Positions 1 to 18,752 are shown, counted from the first letter of the stretch. The stretch: 64,000 nucleotides of DNA from Amoebidium appalachense (GCA_963693365.1 CAVNZM010000001.1:20778125-20842124), one strand, 5' to 3'. Program-made: numbers and translations. Notes: generated by a model not told the origin, from the letters alone.

Positions 1-483
1 TTCTGGTGTTGTTGAGAGTAGGAGGGCAGTGCTAGTTGGTAGGTGCAGATGTGTGATATATCTTTGGCACCATGTTGACCTCATAATCAGTCCCACGCCA
101 GCCACAATATCCCCCCCCCCACACCCCTCCTCCCATACACAAACAACCACACACACACACACACACAAACACACATAGACCACCACTACAGCCACGGCAA
201 ACACACAGAGGGAGACAGTGAGACAGACACAACATCCCCACCACCGGCACACCCTATCCACTCACACATGCACCTATTTCATCTATCTGGCCCTGACACC
301 CACCCACACCCCAGCACACCGCTCACCCGCACCATACTCACAACCATCCACACAGCAATACTGAGCCACAGCCACACCTGCCCAACCAGATATACCCCCC
401 CCCCCCCCCCCCCCCCAACCCACCCACCCCTTCTCCCCCCCTCCTCCCCCGGGGGCACCCCCCCCCCCCCTCCCCCCGGGGCA

Positions 484-522
<39 letters not shown>

Positions 523-546
523 AAAAGAGAAAACAAAAAGCCATAC

Positions 547-4574
<4,028 letters not shown>

Positions 4575-5073
4575 TTTCTTTCTTTCAGAAACTCTTACCT
4601 TCTAATTAGTGACTACCTAATAAGTAGCTACCTATTCCTGCTCCTGTAAATAACTTCGAAGCAAAAGCTATCATATGTTATATATTATACTGTAGAAGTG
4701 ACTTCGAAGCAAAAGCTATCATATACTACATATTATACTGTAGAAGTGAAGTGCGGTGTCAAGTTTGCAGTTCTGAAAGGAAGGGTTTCGCGTACTTGCC
4801 ATATATAGCTATTGCCAACATATTCGGATGATATTCCCCGCATTCCATTGGCCCAAGTTCCCGCCTTGGTTTTGACACATGCATTTCCTGAAAGATCGGC
4901 CATTCTCTCACTCCAACATTTTTGTTCTCCTTCAACTGTGCTAGAAAACCCTCTCACCAAACCAAACTCCTCTGTATACCTCTACTCTCCACTGTGCTAT
5001 ATACGAACATGCATGCTTCGCACCAACACTAGGCACATATAACGCTAGGACACTCATCATTCCCCTCTGCAAC
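4575..5073. promoter_or_regulatory. Probable bidirectional promoter region of SART1 and AKAP17A-like
   Basis: About 500 bp of non-microsatellite sequence between divergent ATGs at 4574 (-) and 5074 (+). Contains a 48-bp duplication and TTTCGCG near 4786-4792. Confidence 0.6.
4653..4748. repeat. 48-bp tandem duplication (2 copies)
   Basis: ACTTCGAAGCAAAAGCTATCATAT....ATATTATACTGTAGAAGTG starts at 4653 and again at 4701. Confidence 0.9.
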
Positions 5074-5689
5074 ATGACAGACCTGGAGGTAGTGCACACC
5101 TACCCTGTGCGGATAGTAGCACGGCCACAGGGGCTGGAGGGTGCACGTGCGGAGGAGGAACTGAGGGGCCTCCCTGTGTGGGACCTTGTGGAGACCGTGG
5201 GGGGCATGCTAAAGGGCACGGGGGTGGAGGTCAAGTGGGACAAGCGGGCCAAGGAGACGGGGGCTATAGTCCTGGCGGGGGGTACGCCAAGACACCCCAA
5301 GGCACACCCTTGCAGCTGAACTTTTTGCCTTCACAACTCTGGCATGCATTTTTCTCTCCTTTTCACCCAAAAAACCTCGAATCTCGCTGTTGATTCCCCT
5401 TGTTCATGCATTCCCATCTTCATTACACGTTCTCACCCTCGAATCGTCTCTAGGTCTGGGTTTTAAAGTTCTTTTTTCTCCCGTTTCACTTTCTGCTAGA
5501 AATACAGGCACGCACATAAACTACCATGAGCGGGCCGTGCTCCTGCAGTCGCGCTCACTCACTCACGCACACACACACATTCTCTCTCTCTCTCTCTTTT
5601 CACATTGTCTCCCCTCCCCCCCCCCCTCTCCCTCCCTCTACTTTACCCTACTGCTTTGAGCCCTCATTCGCCCTCTCTCTCTCTCCCTC

Positions 5690-5727
<38 letters not shown>

Positions 5728-6536
5728 CTCCCTCTCTCCCTCCCCTCTCTCTCTCTCTCCCTCTCCCTCTCTCCCTCCCCTCTCCCTCTCTCTCTCTCTC
5801 TCCCCCCTCTCTCTCCCCCCCCTCTCTCTCTCCCCCTCTCTCTCTCCCTCCCTCCCTCCCCCCCCCTCTCCCTCTCTCTCCACCTCTCCTCCTCTCCCCT
5901 CCCCCCTCTCCCTCTCTCTCCCCCTCTCCCTCTCCCTCCCCCTCTCCCTCCCCTCCCCTCCCCCCCTTCACCCGGTTAGCCACACGGGCGCACAAAGGAA
6001 GCAGGGGGTGGTCTGGTGTGTCTACAGTGTGCCCTTGCAAGACAATGAAATCGGTTTTCTTTTGGGAGGTGGGAGGAGAGATAATGGCAGACAGGAAACT
6101 CATGTGCAAAGTGACCACCAACACATATTGCTTTGTTAAAGAAACACGAGCAGTGAACGCTAACACTGGGCTTATAGATGCCACGTCCGACCAGACACGC
6201 AGTGAGGCTGTTGCTGCAGTGGACGGCAAGACGGTCAAATTGAGGAATGTGGCCTGCAGACTGGTGCTGGTGGTTAAAGCACAGGGGGGCAGGAGGAAGG
6301 TGGACTGGGAGAGATATTTCTTTAAGGGGGAGAGGGCCTTTGAAACCATGCTCGAAGGTGTGTGCCCACGTGGATAATGGTGCCTTTTGGCCCATGGCCC
6401 CAGGGGGGTTGGGTGTGGGTGTGTGTATTGTGGGGCCCACCGGGGGGGGGGGGGGGGGGTTCGATGTGTGTTCATGGGGTTATTTCCCACCTGCTGCGTG
6501 TTGGTTTCCTTCTTTTGTGTGCGTGTGTGTGTGTGC

Positions 6537-6592
<56 letters not shown>

Positions 6593-7702
6593 TTTCTTTT
6601 GACGGAAGTCATTGATGTGGTAATTTTATTAGGAGGTAGGGGAGGTGGAGTTTTTTTTCTGACTCGTGCCTCTAAAAATGAGGTGGTGTGTGGGGGGGGG
6701 GGGGGGGGGGGGGGGGGGTTGAGGGTTAGGAAGAAGGCGGAATGATTCCCCCCATCCCCACGACGTGCACACACACCTTCCCACTTTGTTGCCTAGCCAT
6801 GCCACGATGAAGTTACACAGATATTGGATGGTGTGTGTCTCACGTGTCTCTGTGTGCTTGCAGGGGAGAGACCCGACACGCTGTTTGTCAAAGGTCTGCC
6901 CATCGAGTGGTTCCAAACAGACACCCACGCAGATGAGGTTGTGTTTGTGGGTGACCGTGTGAACAAGGAGCAGTTAAAAGAGTTTTTTGATAGGTATGGA
7001 AAGGTAAAGTCGATAGATGTGGAGGAGGGGGAGGACAGAGAATGGAAGGAGAGAAGGAAACACAGGAAAAGAGAGGCCAAAGAAGAAACAAAGTCAAAAG
7101 GGGACAAAGAGAGGGAAAGGGAAGCGAACGGGGATAGGAAAGGTAGGAGGAGAGGAAAGAGTAGAAGCCCGATTCCGAGTGGGAAGTCGGGGAGCGAGTC
7201 GGATGGGGGAGGAGGGAGGAGGAAAAAGGGAGAGAAGAAGGAAGACCCGATGGATGCCAGTGCGTTCAACGTGTACGTGCAGTATGCAGACTACGAGGGG
7301 TTTTGTGCCGCTATGGAAGTATTTGCAGGTGCAGGTGCTGCATCGTTGGGGTTAAAGGGGACTAGTAAGAAGGTGGAGATAGAAGCCGATTTCGATAGAA
7401 GTCGGTTTATGTCTGCGCACCATAAAAAGAAGAGGGACAGTGCGAGAGAGATAAAGAGGGAGACGGTTGTGGACGATAGGAAACGAAAGAGGAAAGAGGC
7501 CGAGAGGAAAAGGAGGATGGAGGAAGAGAGGAAGAGACAATTGGAGCAGCAGTCGGAGGAAGAACAGAGGAGGGCAAAGGAGACACAAGAGAGGGAGGCA
7601 CGAGAGAAGAAGGAGAGAAGAAAGAGGGAGAGGCTGGAGGCAGAGAGGCGTGCAAAGGAGCAGCAGGAGAGGTGCGTGTGTGCTTGGGGTTGTGTGTGGG
7701 TG

Positions 7703-7791
<89 letters not shown>

Positions 7792-7843
7792 CGTGTGTCT
7801 GTGTGTGTGTGTGCTTGGGCTGGTGTGTGTGTGTGTGCGTGTG

Positions 7844-7883
<40 letters not shown>

Positions 7884-8395
7884 TGGGCTGGTGTGTGTGT
7901 GTGTGCCAGTGCCTGGGCTGGTGTGCATGCGTGTGTGCCTGGGTTGGTGTGTGTGTGTGTGCCTGGGCTGGTGTGTGTGTGTGCTTGGGCTGGTGTGTGT
8001 GTGTGTGCTTGGGCTGGTGTGCATGTGTGTGTGCCAGTCCCTGGGCTGGTGTGCATGTGTGTGTGCCTGGGCTGGTGTGCATGTGTGTGTGCCTGGGCTG
8101 GTGTGTGTGTGTGTGCCTGGGCTGGTGTGTGTGTGTGTGCTTGGGCTAGTGTGTTTGGGGGGTGTTGCGGAGGGGGAAAGGGGGGGGGGGGGGGGGGGGG
8201 GGGGAGATACGTGCTTCTGTCCTTATGGGAAGCATGTGCATGCGTTGGTTTGAGGGTCGTTGGCAGCAGGGGGTGAGTAAATGACCCGTGGCATTGGGAT
8301 GGCGGCGGGGCCATGTCCCGGCCTATTGAGTGTTTTATTAATGTCAATTTGGTTGTGTCTTTTGTTTTCCCTTTTCTCGCTTTTTTTTTTTTTTT

Positions 8396-8426
<31 letters not shown>

Positions 8427-8590
8427 GGTATATGCAATTTACGTGGCTGGGTATTGATTACTCTCGCCATTGTAGTGTCAGGGTTGTTGAGTGTGTTGGT
8501 GGTGGAGATGAGGAACACAGGAATTAGTGGGAATCAACAAAGAGCTGTAGACGATAATCTGCAACCCCGGGGGAGAGAGGGAGGGGCGGT

Positions 8591-8625
<35 letters not shown>

Positions 8626-10174
8626 TCGTCTCCTCCCCTCTTTCTTTCCCTCATACTTTTGTATTGTTGTTGTTGTGTTTTGAAGGGGGGCCGGGGGGGC
8701 CGGGGGGGGGGGGGGGGGGGCCATCCCGCTGACAGTTTTGGCAAGGGAAGGAGTGGGGTGTGTGTTTGTGGGGGGGGGGGGGGGGGGAGGGGGGGGCACG
8801 TGGGCAAGGAGCAAGCACGTGGGCAGGCAAAGACTGACTGCTTGCATGTGCAGGGAGTTGGAGATGCAACGACAGGCAGAGATGGAGAGGGAGAGGAGAG
8901 GGAGGGAGGAGAGGGAGAAGAGAGAGAGAGAGGAGAGAGAGGAAAAGGAGAGGAGAGAAAGGGAGGAGAGGGAAGAGAGGGAGAGGCAAGAGAGAGCGGC
9001 GAGAGAGGAGAAGGAACGGCGAGAGAGGGAGGAGAAGGTGAGTCATATGTCACCCTCACACCTACTGCTGGGGGCGGGGGGAGGGGGGAGGGGAGCCTTT
9101 TTTTCTCTTTCCTACTTTGGCATGGGAATTGAAAAGGGCTTTGACATGGGGATTGAAAAGGGGAGGGGGGAGGGGGGTCATGTCATGCGAATAACATGGA
9201 TTGCACCAATACAACACTATACCACTATGCACGTGCTTGACGGGCGTGCTGGCAGGGGGAGGAGGGCGGGGGGAGGGGGGGGGGGGGGGGGGGGGGGGAG
9301 TGCATGGATGATGCGGAGGTAGAGCTGGCTGGGATGGGGTGTGTGGTCAGAGGATGAATGTGGGCCGGAGAACCTTATAGGGTTTGACGTTATACTGCAT
9401 GGGGTTGGGGGGGCGGAGGGGAGAAGGTGTTGGAGGGGGGGGGGGGGACAACAATCAGTTAGAAATGGGACAATCCTCTCTCAATCCTTCCTCCCCCCCC
9501 CCCCCCCCCCCCCCCCCCTCCCCCCCAAAAAAAGCACACTCACAACATACACTCCACCAGAATCACACACACACACACACACACACACATATGCACATGC
9601 ACACATACGCACGCACACACACACAACACACACACATAGACACACACGGCGCGTGCGCACTCAGGCTCACTCACACACATTAGACTTTTTCTTTTCAGGG
9701 CCGGTACAGAAGAAAGGTGTTTGCTCGGCCAACATATGCTCGGGAATAGCGCGGATGGGAGGGGGAGGGGGGGGGGGGAGTTGGGGAAGATTTTATGGCT
9801 GATATGTGGGCGTACAGGAGAGGATTATTCGAGAAACACGTGAGCGTGAGCTACGCAAACTGTTTGATGCCCGGCGCAAGATCCAACAGCACGTGCTTTC
9901 GGAGCTACTGCATGCAGCAGCAGCAGAGATCGAAGAGAAACTGAGGGTGGAGGAGGAGAGGAGGGAGAAGGAAAGGAGGGAGAGGGAGGAGTTGGAGAGG
10001 AGGGCCAGGGAGGAGAGGTTGGTGGTGGAGTTGCAGGAGAGGATTAAAGAGAACGAGAGACTCAAGGGTTTGCTGGAGGAGAAGATTGCCCAAAAAAGGA
10101 AGGCCCTAGAGGAGACAGCCAATCACAGGGCTGGAAAGAGGTCACGTGGGTCGGCGATGAATGGTGTGTCATAG
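5074..10174 (+). CDS. AKAP17A: A-kinase anchor protein 17A / splicing regulator XE7 (SFRS17A)-like
   Basis: Exons 5074-5281, 6178-6357, 6864-7671, 8854-9037, 9818-10174 are GT-AG and phase-consistent. Motifs [48 protein letters not shown] and [12 protein letters not shown] match XE7/AKAP17A motifs (LDGKTIKL, GERPDTIHLEGLPCKWF, FEAYVQYREYMGF, VSFDSTKHLS). An E/R/K-rich coiled tail follows. Confidence 0.85.
7806..8150. repeat. GT-derived minisatellite (GTGTGTGCYTGGGCTG units)
   Basis: More than 10 variable-length units of (GT)n-GCYTGGGCTG in AKAP17A intron 3. Confidence 0.85.
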
Positions 10175-10811
10175 CAGGGCCGTTTAAAGTTGAATGACAG
10201 GTGTGTCCCGGGGAGGGCAATGCCTTGGACATGTGCACGTAGCCTGCACTGACACATACCCCATCAATGTGCGCCTGTTTACCCTCAGACATCAAAAAGC
10301 ATGATTCACGTGCGTGGCAAGCACGTAGTGACGCATCCACATGCACGCGCATACACACAGGGCACAAACACACACACACGTGCACGGCACCGGCACGGGC
10401 AGGACATATATTACCAAGCATGAACATAGAGACATGCACATTATACAGGGCCAACCTCCACCACGCCCCTCACGTAGACACTCACACCACGTACACACAT
10501 GAGAGGACACACCACACATAGTCCCACGTGCACGGGGTGATAGTGTACATGTGTGCCCAGCCAATCGAATGTAAGTGCGGGCTGGTGTATAGCCTAGCAC
10601 CAATCCATATATGAACTGTACAGACCCAAATATGGAAAGAGGTGTGTGATCTGCCTGGTTGCTGTATGGGGCACCGGCCACTGAGGTCGGCATATGTGCT
10701 AGTGGCGGACGAATGAAATGGATAAATGTTTTCAAAACGGATTAAACGTAGGTCTGATTTGTGTTTTTAAACCTTCAGTAATGCTTTTTGCATTCTGAGA
10801 TGCAGTCTGAG

Positions 10812-10894
<83 letters not shown>

Positions 10895-11780
10895 AACCAC
10901 TACCACCAGGCTGTTAGCCTGCCCTTCTCTCGGGAAACTTACAATAAGTTCAGAAACTTTCATCTCCTGTTATGGTGCACGGTTGTATGCTTGTGCTGCC
11001 CAATGATACACCAGGCTCTCCGTCACCATGCCACGCGCACATTCTTCCGCTTCACCCAATTGAATTGGCTAGAGCAACTCCTCCAGGTGGCGATTCTCTT
11101 TGTCTTTGCCAGTGGTAGGTTCAGCTTATTCCTGCTCGACCTGAATCACGGTGCCTTCACAACCATCAGATCTCTGGTGGCCCAAGCCGATATATTGAAA
11201 CGTTAGCTCAAATAACATGGTTTTTTTAACTCTTAAGACGCCACATACGAGTCTGAGGTATCGATGCACAGTTCAGTCCAACAGCTGCCTGCAGTGATGC
11301 CGCCTCTAGCTGGGACACCATTAATTTCATGGAGCTGTTTGAGCCATATCAAAACTTGGCCGGTACTGTAGACCTCGCCCTTCCACAAACCCCTCGGGCC
11401 CGTCTGCCCACGGTCCCTTAAAAACTCACAGTTAGTCTAATTAGTGGTATGTGCCAGTCATGTGCTGCGCATGTCGCATTCCCAAGCATCACGTGCTGCT
11501 ACGAACTAGGCACTGGCAGCACCACAGTAGCTTGGCACTGTGCATGTGCATGCGGCCTCCCAATATGCGGCGCCGTATCAAAATATGCATCTGCATCCAC
11601 CCTCGGCAAGAATGTTATGTTGCCGACCAACGGCTGCAGAAGCTAGATTTGTGCTCCTCTAACCCCATTTCCCCCCTCCCCCCTCCTCCCCGGGCCCCCC
11701 CCTCCCCCGGGCTCCCCCCCCCCCCTCCCCCCAGCTTCCGCGGGCCCCCTCCCCCCCCCCCTCCCCCCCCCCCTTCCCCC

Positions 11781-11833
<53 letters not shown>

Positions 11834-12040
11834 GCTCATCCTCGAGTCTCTCTCGATCAAACTGTGCAAGCCACTGCCTTCTTTTATTCTTCTTTTCTTC
11901 TTTTTTTTTTTTCTTTCTAGTTAACCAAAAACATCCCTTTTTCGAGGCTCTTAAAATTATCTGATGTGAACGAGAACTTCAGTATCACAGTAAATCTCGG
12001 GAGGATCGGAGCAAGCCTTGATTTTGAATCTCAAAAATAT

Positions 12041-12078
<38 letters not shown>

Positions 12079-12819
12079 AGTACTGTATTGATGAATACCG
12101 AGGTCCCGCCTGGTGGTTCTTTCCCCCCCCCTCCTTCCCCCCTCCCCCCTCCCCCCCTTCCCCCGGGCATAGCCCCCCCTTCTCCCCCCCCCCCCCCCCC
12201 CTTCCCCCGCCCCCCCCACCCTTCCCCCCCCCCCCCCCCCCCCCCCTTCCCCCTCCCATTTGGGGAGGGAAGGAGGGGGGAGCTGGAGGGCACACCTGCT
12301 CGAGGGGCTCAGTCAGTGGTGGCTTCCCATACTCCTTCCCCGTACTAGCCTCAGTGTTGTTAAGGGGGGGTTGGGTCCCCCCTCCCGCCCCCCCCCCCCC
12401 CCCCCCCCCCCCCATTTGAGCCATCACCACAACCGACCGTTACATCTTCTTCCCTTCGTTTTCACAAGCGCTTCAAATTCTGATTGGCCCAGGGGTAGTG
12501 CTATCCATTTGATCAACGTTTGTGTGTGCGTGCACGTCTGCGGAGTGACATGCAACATGTACATGTGGGTGTGCCGTGGATGTGTGTCAGTACGGTGTGA
12601 ACACGGTGAGTATGTTTGACTGCCGTATGTACAACAATACAATCGGCACTGCGAATCATTTAGTGGTGTGTATGTGTGGCATCGTGCCAGATGTTAAAGT
12701 TGACAATGTGTGGACCCAACCAAGCAAGTCTAAGAAAGTGCGCTATTACATGGTAATGAATTTCCATGTGTGTACCAGAGAAGAGGGTGTGCGTGTACAT
12801 GTGTGCGCGTCAAGGCCTC

Positions 12820-12905
12820 CTTGTTGGTATATAAGGTCTTGTTGGTATATAAGGTCTTGTTGGTATATAAGGTCTTGTTGGTATATAAGGTCTTGTTGGT
12901 ATATA
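12820..12905. repeat. 18-bp tandem repeat, about 5 copies
   Basis: Unit CTTGTTGGTATATAAGGT. Confidence 0.9.
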
Positions 12906-12917
12906 GGAGGTCTTCGT

Positions 12918-12969
<52 letters not shown>

Positions 12970-13026
12970 TGTGTGTGTATATGTGTCGTGTGTATATGTG
13001 TCGTGTAAATGTTGTGTGTATGTGTG

Positions 13027-13049
13027 TTTTATTCTATCCTGTTTTGTTT

Positions 13050-13090
<41 letters not shown>

Positions 13091-13195
13091 GGGGCTTTTG
13101 AAATAAAAGGGCTCATCAATCGCGCTATCGCATGTAAGGGACGGTCTTCCACTAAGCACCGACGGTACCCTAGCTAGGGTTATATGGTGCACTCA
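13027..13195 (-). mobile_element. Retroposon 3'-tail family A, truncated copy
   Basis: Minus strand reads CCCTAGCTAGGGTACCGTCGGTGCTTAGT...(C)nGGAAACAAAACAGGATAGAATAAAA. Shares blocks with 22923-23060, 41256-41420, 42040-42160 and 43350-43446. Confidence 0.65.
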
Positions 13196-13502
13196 GCTAA
13201 GCTGAGGCATGTCTTTACCAATTGTAACAAATACACACATTTCGAGCCCAGGGGTTTCCCCCCGACCTCGCTAGTGGGGAGCTATGATGATGTTAATTTT
13301 TAGTAATAACTTAATTCAAGTTGGCACTGCAACTGGGCCACACCACTCCTGGGCGCCGGCCCCTTCAGATTTTTAGGGAATTCTTGCATTTAAAACTTTC
13401 GGAAGGGGGGGGGGGGGGGGAGGGGGGAGGGGGGGGGGGGGGGGGGGCGGGGGCAAATATCGAGGCCCCTCTTGGTCCCCGTATGCCCCTCCGGGTGCTG
13501 GG

Positions 13503-13557
<55 letters not shown>

Positions 13558-15773
13558 AGGGGGGGGGGGAGGGGGGGGGGGGGGGGGGGGGGGGGAGAGG
13601 GAGGGAGCTACCAAGCGACAGGGTGAGCGGGTCCGCCCCCTCCCTGCCGCCTTTCCCCACCATAACCGCAGGGGCATGGGCCTCCGGGGGAGAAGGGACC
13701 CCCCCTCCCCCCCCCCTCCCCCCCCCCCCCCCCCCCCCCCAGGGCGCACGCGATGGATGGATCTCTCACCCATGACCCCACGGTAACCTGCCAAACTGTA
13801 GTTGTTACGGTCAACCATCAAGAATATGAATTATTGAGTGCAACGTTAATTAACATGCTCTCCCGTCCGATAGGCTGTGTTCGTGGGCGCGTGTATGTGT
13901 GTGATGATTCAACGGTGTGGTGTGCCCAGTGTACAGTAGTTTCTTTTGTCTGTGCTTGCAGCATGGCTTTCAGCATGTGTGTGCCACCGGAAACACTGTG
14001 CTCTTGACGAATATTCATGCAGCAATTCATAAGTTATGCCCGATTCGACAATCGCATGCATGTCTTTGTGTGTGTGTGTGTAGTGCCGCGTGACAATGTG
14101 TGCTACTCAGACGTGTGTTCCTCTGTGCGCACGCAGGCTTGTGTGCCACGGTGCCTCTGAGTTAAAAATTTCATGTGTGTGCCTTGATATGGCCATGGTA
14201 TATACCGTGAATGATACTGTACCTGGATACTAGTCTCTGCCTGTGTGTATGTGTTCTTTGCCTGCCCACACACGTGTGTGTTTTTAGTGACATGTTTGTG
14301 TGCGTGAGCCTGCCTCAGTTTATTCAACAGTGATGTGTGCATCCATATGTACAGTACTAGCTAGAGAGAAGAAGGGGAGAGGGGGGATTAGGGGAGACTC
14401 GACGCACGGGGTCCCCGGGTGTGAGACAGAAGAACCTCTATGATGATCCAGATACGGGCCCAGTGTGCACATGTGTGTGCTTCCCATGTTGGGCCTCGTG
14501 TGTGTATGTGCAGTATCTGCGTGTACATGTGGCAGCAAGTGCACATCATATGCCATTTCACAGCGTGCACCATGTGCATGTGTGCTAGGTACCTTGGAAA
14601 TACGTTTGAAAGAAAGTGTGTGTGCAAGCTTGTGGTGTGGCACGCGCACGCACTGTACCATGTGAAGACTGGAGACGGGGCCATCTGAAGGGGGGAGGGG
14701 GGCCGGGGGGAGGGGGGGGGCGGGGGGGAGGGGGGGGGGCCGGGCCGGGGAGGGAGGGAAAGCGGGGGGGTGGGGGGGAGCAGCTTCCGTGGCACGTGCT
14801 GTAGCCTGAATTGAACTCATCAATGAACTTCAAGAACTCAAGTTGGGGATGTAGGTAAACCGTTGCTAACTTAAAAAAAAATATACGGTGCTTTCAAATC
14901 AGCATATCTGATAGCCACTCCTATGGCAGCCCGGGTTGGCTGGATGCCCCCTCCCGTACCCTTCCCCTCCCCCCTTCCCCCCCACACACACACCCGGGCC
15001 CCCTCCCCCCGCCCACCCACCCACCCACCTCACCCCTCCCCTTATGAATTGGTCACCCTGCTAACGCGAGGGTTGGGGGGTCTGGGCACTCTGGGGTGGG
15101 GTGGGGTGGGTGGGGTGGGGGGTGGGGGGGGGGGTTCGAGGAGTCAGTGGACCGGCCAGTGCAAACGGCCACAGTGGGTTCCCTCGAGTCCCCCCCCCCC
15201 CCTCCCCCCCCCTCCCCCCTCCCCCCTCCTCCCCGCCCCTCCTCCCCTCCCCCCTCCCCCTCCCCCCCAGAGGCTTCTCAAAGTTACTACTACCATTAAC
15301 CGAGGATTTTTGAATTTTAATGGGATGGGGGCGAGTAGTGAATATCGGACGTACTACGCCCTGGTGGTACCCCCCTCCCTCCCCCTCCGGGGGTGGGTGG
15401 GTTCCCACAACGCCCCCCCTTTCCCCAAAGTAGCCGCCTAGGTGAGTGGAGTGGCAGGTCCTCCCCCCCCCCCCCCCCCCCCCCCCCTTCCCCCCCCCCC
15501 CCCCCCCCCCCCCCCCCTTGCACATGCACATGATCATGGCCAGAGCTCCTTTTCTACCCACCAAACATTTAAAGTATTCTTTACTTTTCTATCTTCCTTT
15601 TTTTTTTTTTTTTTTTTTTTTTTGAGGAAATGATTCCGTTTTGGCCACTGATGCATATCTCTCTCCCTGCCCCTCCCCCCCCCCCCCCCCCCCCCTCTCC
15701 GGCCACCCCCTCCCCACCTCCCCCCTTCCCCCCCCCCCCCCCCCCACCCCCCCAACAAACACACACACATGCA

Positions 15774-15881
<108 letters not shown>

Positions 15882-16004
15882 CCGGCACCCCTTCGTGCTG
15901 GTGCTCTTCTTCTGCCGGATGCATACTCATTGTGAATATATCCTTTACAAGGTCTGCTTTGTCGTGCCTGCGGCAAATGTCTACCACCTACTGAGGCGGT
16001 GTCT

Positions 16005-16043
<39 letters not shown>

Positions 16044-16280
16044 AAAAGGGCCGCCTGAGTAGATGTTAAAACGTCGCACGTGCGGCAACACGTCAGTATG
16101 TGTTAGGGCAAATGTGTACCCATAGCATTTTCTAACGAAACCCCCCCCCCCCCCCCCCGGCCTCTCCCGCCTCAATCACCTCCCCCCCCCCCCCCCCCCC
16201 CTCTCCTCCTCGGGCCTTGCTCATTCTATTTAATACAAACGCAAATGCACGTGCACATGCGTGCACATACACACACACCC

Positions 16281-16356
<76 letters not shown>

Positions 16357-18459
16357 TCACACACACACACATGATGACGGTCAACTATTTCAAATTATGA
16401 ATGATTGAGGTCAAGGTGTTTATTGCTAACCATCCAGTGTTCGTGTGTGAGTCTGTGCTGCGGGGAATGTATGTGTGTGTGGTGAGGGTGAGTGTACCTG
16501 CATGCAATGTTCATATGTCAGTACCCTCTGGGCCCAAAGTTACTATTATCACTACTTTTAGCCTACCGCACCACTACTACTAATACTGAGTCTACCCCCC
16601 CCCCCCCCTCCTCCCCCTTCCCCCTCCCCCCGACCCCCGCGGACCCCCAAAAGTTGCTGAAATACTATATTAGTTAGTACCCAATACTATTACCGTATAC
16701 GCGTACCCCCCCCCCCCCCCCCCCCCCCCCGCCCCCCTACCTCCCCCCCCCCCCCCCCCCCACCACCACCACCACCACCACCACCACCACCACCACCATG
16801 GCCACCACCACCACCACCACCACCACAGATTTAAACATCAAGCCTTCCCCAAGAAACAACTGTGGTGATCTAAACCGTTTGCTTGAAAACAATAAATCGT
16901 AACGTTCTCGAATGTTGAAATCGATGTAGGATGAGACACGATCATGCCGCGCTGCATATGGCACAGTACTAGCCTGAGTCGGATCATGAAAAAGTTATTT
17001 TTAGTTAGGTTTCTTTTATCATGATGGGCCCACAAAAATACGTTCGAGCTTGAAGCCTGGCCATGGCCCGTCCCGGCTTTGCATGATTGATAGTCGAGTC
17101 ACTGCTCACGAACATTTGGGTGACTAATACCTCACCCGCTAAATTATTTTAGCATAGGAATGAGACAGCGCGGCCCAGCCAGCATGGTTTCTCGGTCATG
17201 AATCAAGGGCACTGGGCCCTGAGTCTGGCAATCACGGCGGTGGGGAAGCACTCGGGACTCTTAAAGCTCTTAGCCGCTCTTTCAAAGTTTGTTTGATTTG
17301 ATTCGAACCGTATTATGCTTTTTAAGCCCTTAAATCTTATCCAGGACCGCTGCCTATAGTGGTGGGTATCAGCCCCACAGGACCAACATGTATACGTACC
17401 TATGTATACCTACCTATACTATACGATCACATATCAAATGGGCCTGCCTTTTTTCATATGAGTAAAGATATGTTGACACTCGCAGCAGTCTTGCAGGCCC
17501 GTTTTCGTTTGCTCTCGCTCTGTATCGAGATTTAGCCCTAGCCGGAAGAATCCAGGGCACGCGGCAACTAGTCAACGAACACGGCCCCTTGACGCTACAT
17601 TGTAATGTGTATAACTTCAGGGCACCTCCACCAGAAGCAACAAACATATTGTTCGAAACCTATGATGTGGATAATATGGGCCCCCGGCAGAGTCCACGCA
17701 ATAAAAAGTGTGTAACTGCCCGATAATATATCAGTGAATTTGTGAAACTTTTTTTTGTTTTTCTATTGCCAAAGTTGTGTGGGCGACCAATGCGGCCGGC
17801 CGCGGCGGTGAGCCCCCGCCGGCCCCCCCCTCAAGACCGGCTTACTTGAGTCATAATTTCAGCCAATCACCTCAATGCCCGGTCTTTGGAAGATCGCATT
17901 CAACCGCGGCATGCGCAACCGGCCGCTAACTTGACAAGTTGACATGCTACTTCCACGTAAGGTGTCGCGAGCTTTCGCACCATGGAAACAGCCTACCTTT
18001 TCCCCAAAATTTGTTGCTTATTTCAGGTTATCAGCCATAAACACACTTGTAATGTGAAAGTGGAAGCGGCAGTGCTTCAGTGAATCAGTTGGCCGGGTGA
18101 ACGGCAGTCGGCAAAGCCGACTACAAACAATCGCACTGCAGCAATTGAGCAAAGTGTCGTTGATAGCCAAATTAGGCAAATGAGAACATTCCGGACGTGA
18201 CCCGGGGCCGGGGCGTGTGCCAGCTCCTGTAACAGCAAGGCTGTTTCCAAGTGCCATACAAATGGACCCTTTCACATTAGATATTTTCAACATGAATATA
18301 ATTTGCTTGATGTGCCCACTGTTCTGATGAATAATATGGGGCCCGGTCTGGGCTAGGGCCAGACAGAGTCACTCGGAGGCCCGAGGCCCCACGCCGCTGA
18401 ATGATGGCAAGAATCTCTTTTGGCATACCAAGACGCAAATTCGTAACTACAGGTATGTA

Positions 18460-18590
18460 ATGATTGGCTACCCTAACAAACGCAACGCGTGTGATTGGTT
18501 TCTGGATTGATTGGCATGTGCCTGGAAGTTCTGAACTGAGTGCTAATGATATCTGCATTTTTTCGCGCAGGCCTCAGTTAGTCCATTGGT
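18460..18590 (+). promoter_or_regulatory. Cell-cycle-type promoter of the CDK inhibitor
   Basis: Four inverted CCAAT boxes (ATTGG at 18463, 18494, 18510, 18585), ACGCGT (MCB) at 18485-18490 and TTTCGCGC (E2F consensus TTTSSCGC) at 18561-18568, about 260 bp upstream of the ATG. Confidence 0.55.
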
Positions 18591-18652
18591 CGGCGGTCAC
18601 ACTGTTTGTGTGCCACTATCAAAAAGCATCAGCGGCCGGCACAGTGTTGCCG

Positions 18653-18752
18653 GTCGCGCTTTTTACCGTACAAGTGGGTGCGAAGTTGGCATAAGAACAC
18701 CCGTCGCGCTTTTTACCGTACAACTGGGTGCGAAGTTGGCATAAGAACACCC
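18653..18752. repeat. 50-bp tandem duplication upstream of the CKI ATG
   Basis: GTCGCGCTTTTTACCGTACAASTGGGTGCGAAGTTGGCATAAGAACACCC at 18653 and 18703, one mismatch. Confidence 0.9.

Noticed and set aside
10990-11210. Minus-strand frame with in-frame TAA/TAG suggesting stop-codon reassignment
   Set aside because: Well-supported genes here end in TAG, TAA and TGA and have no internal stops. The segment has no recognisable homology and is more likely decayed sequence.
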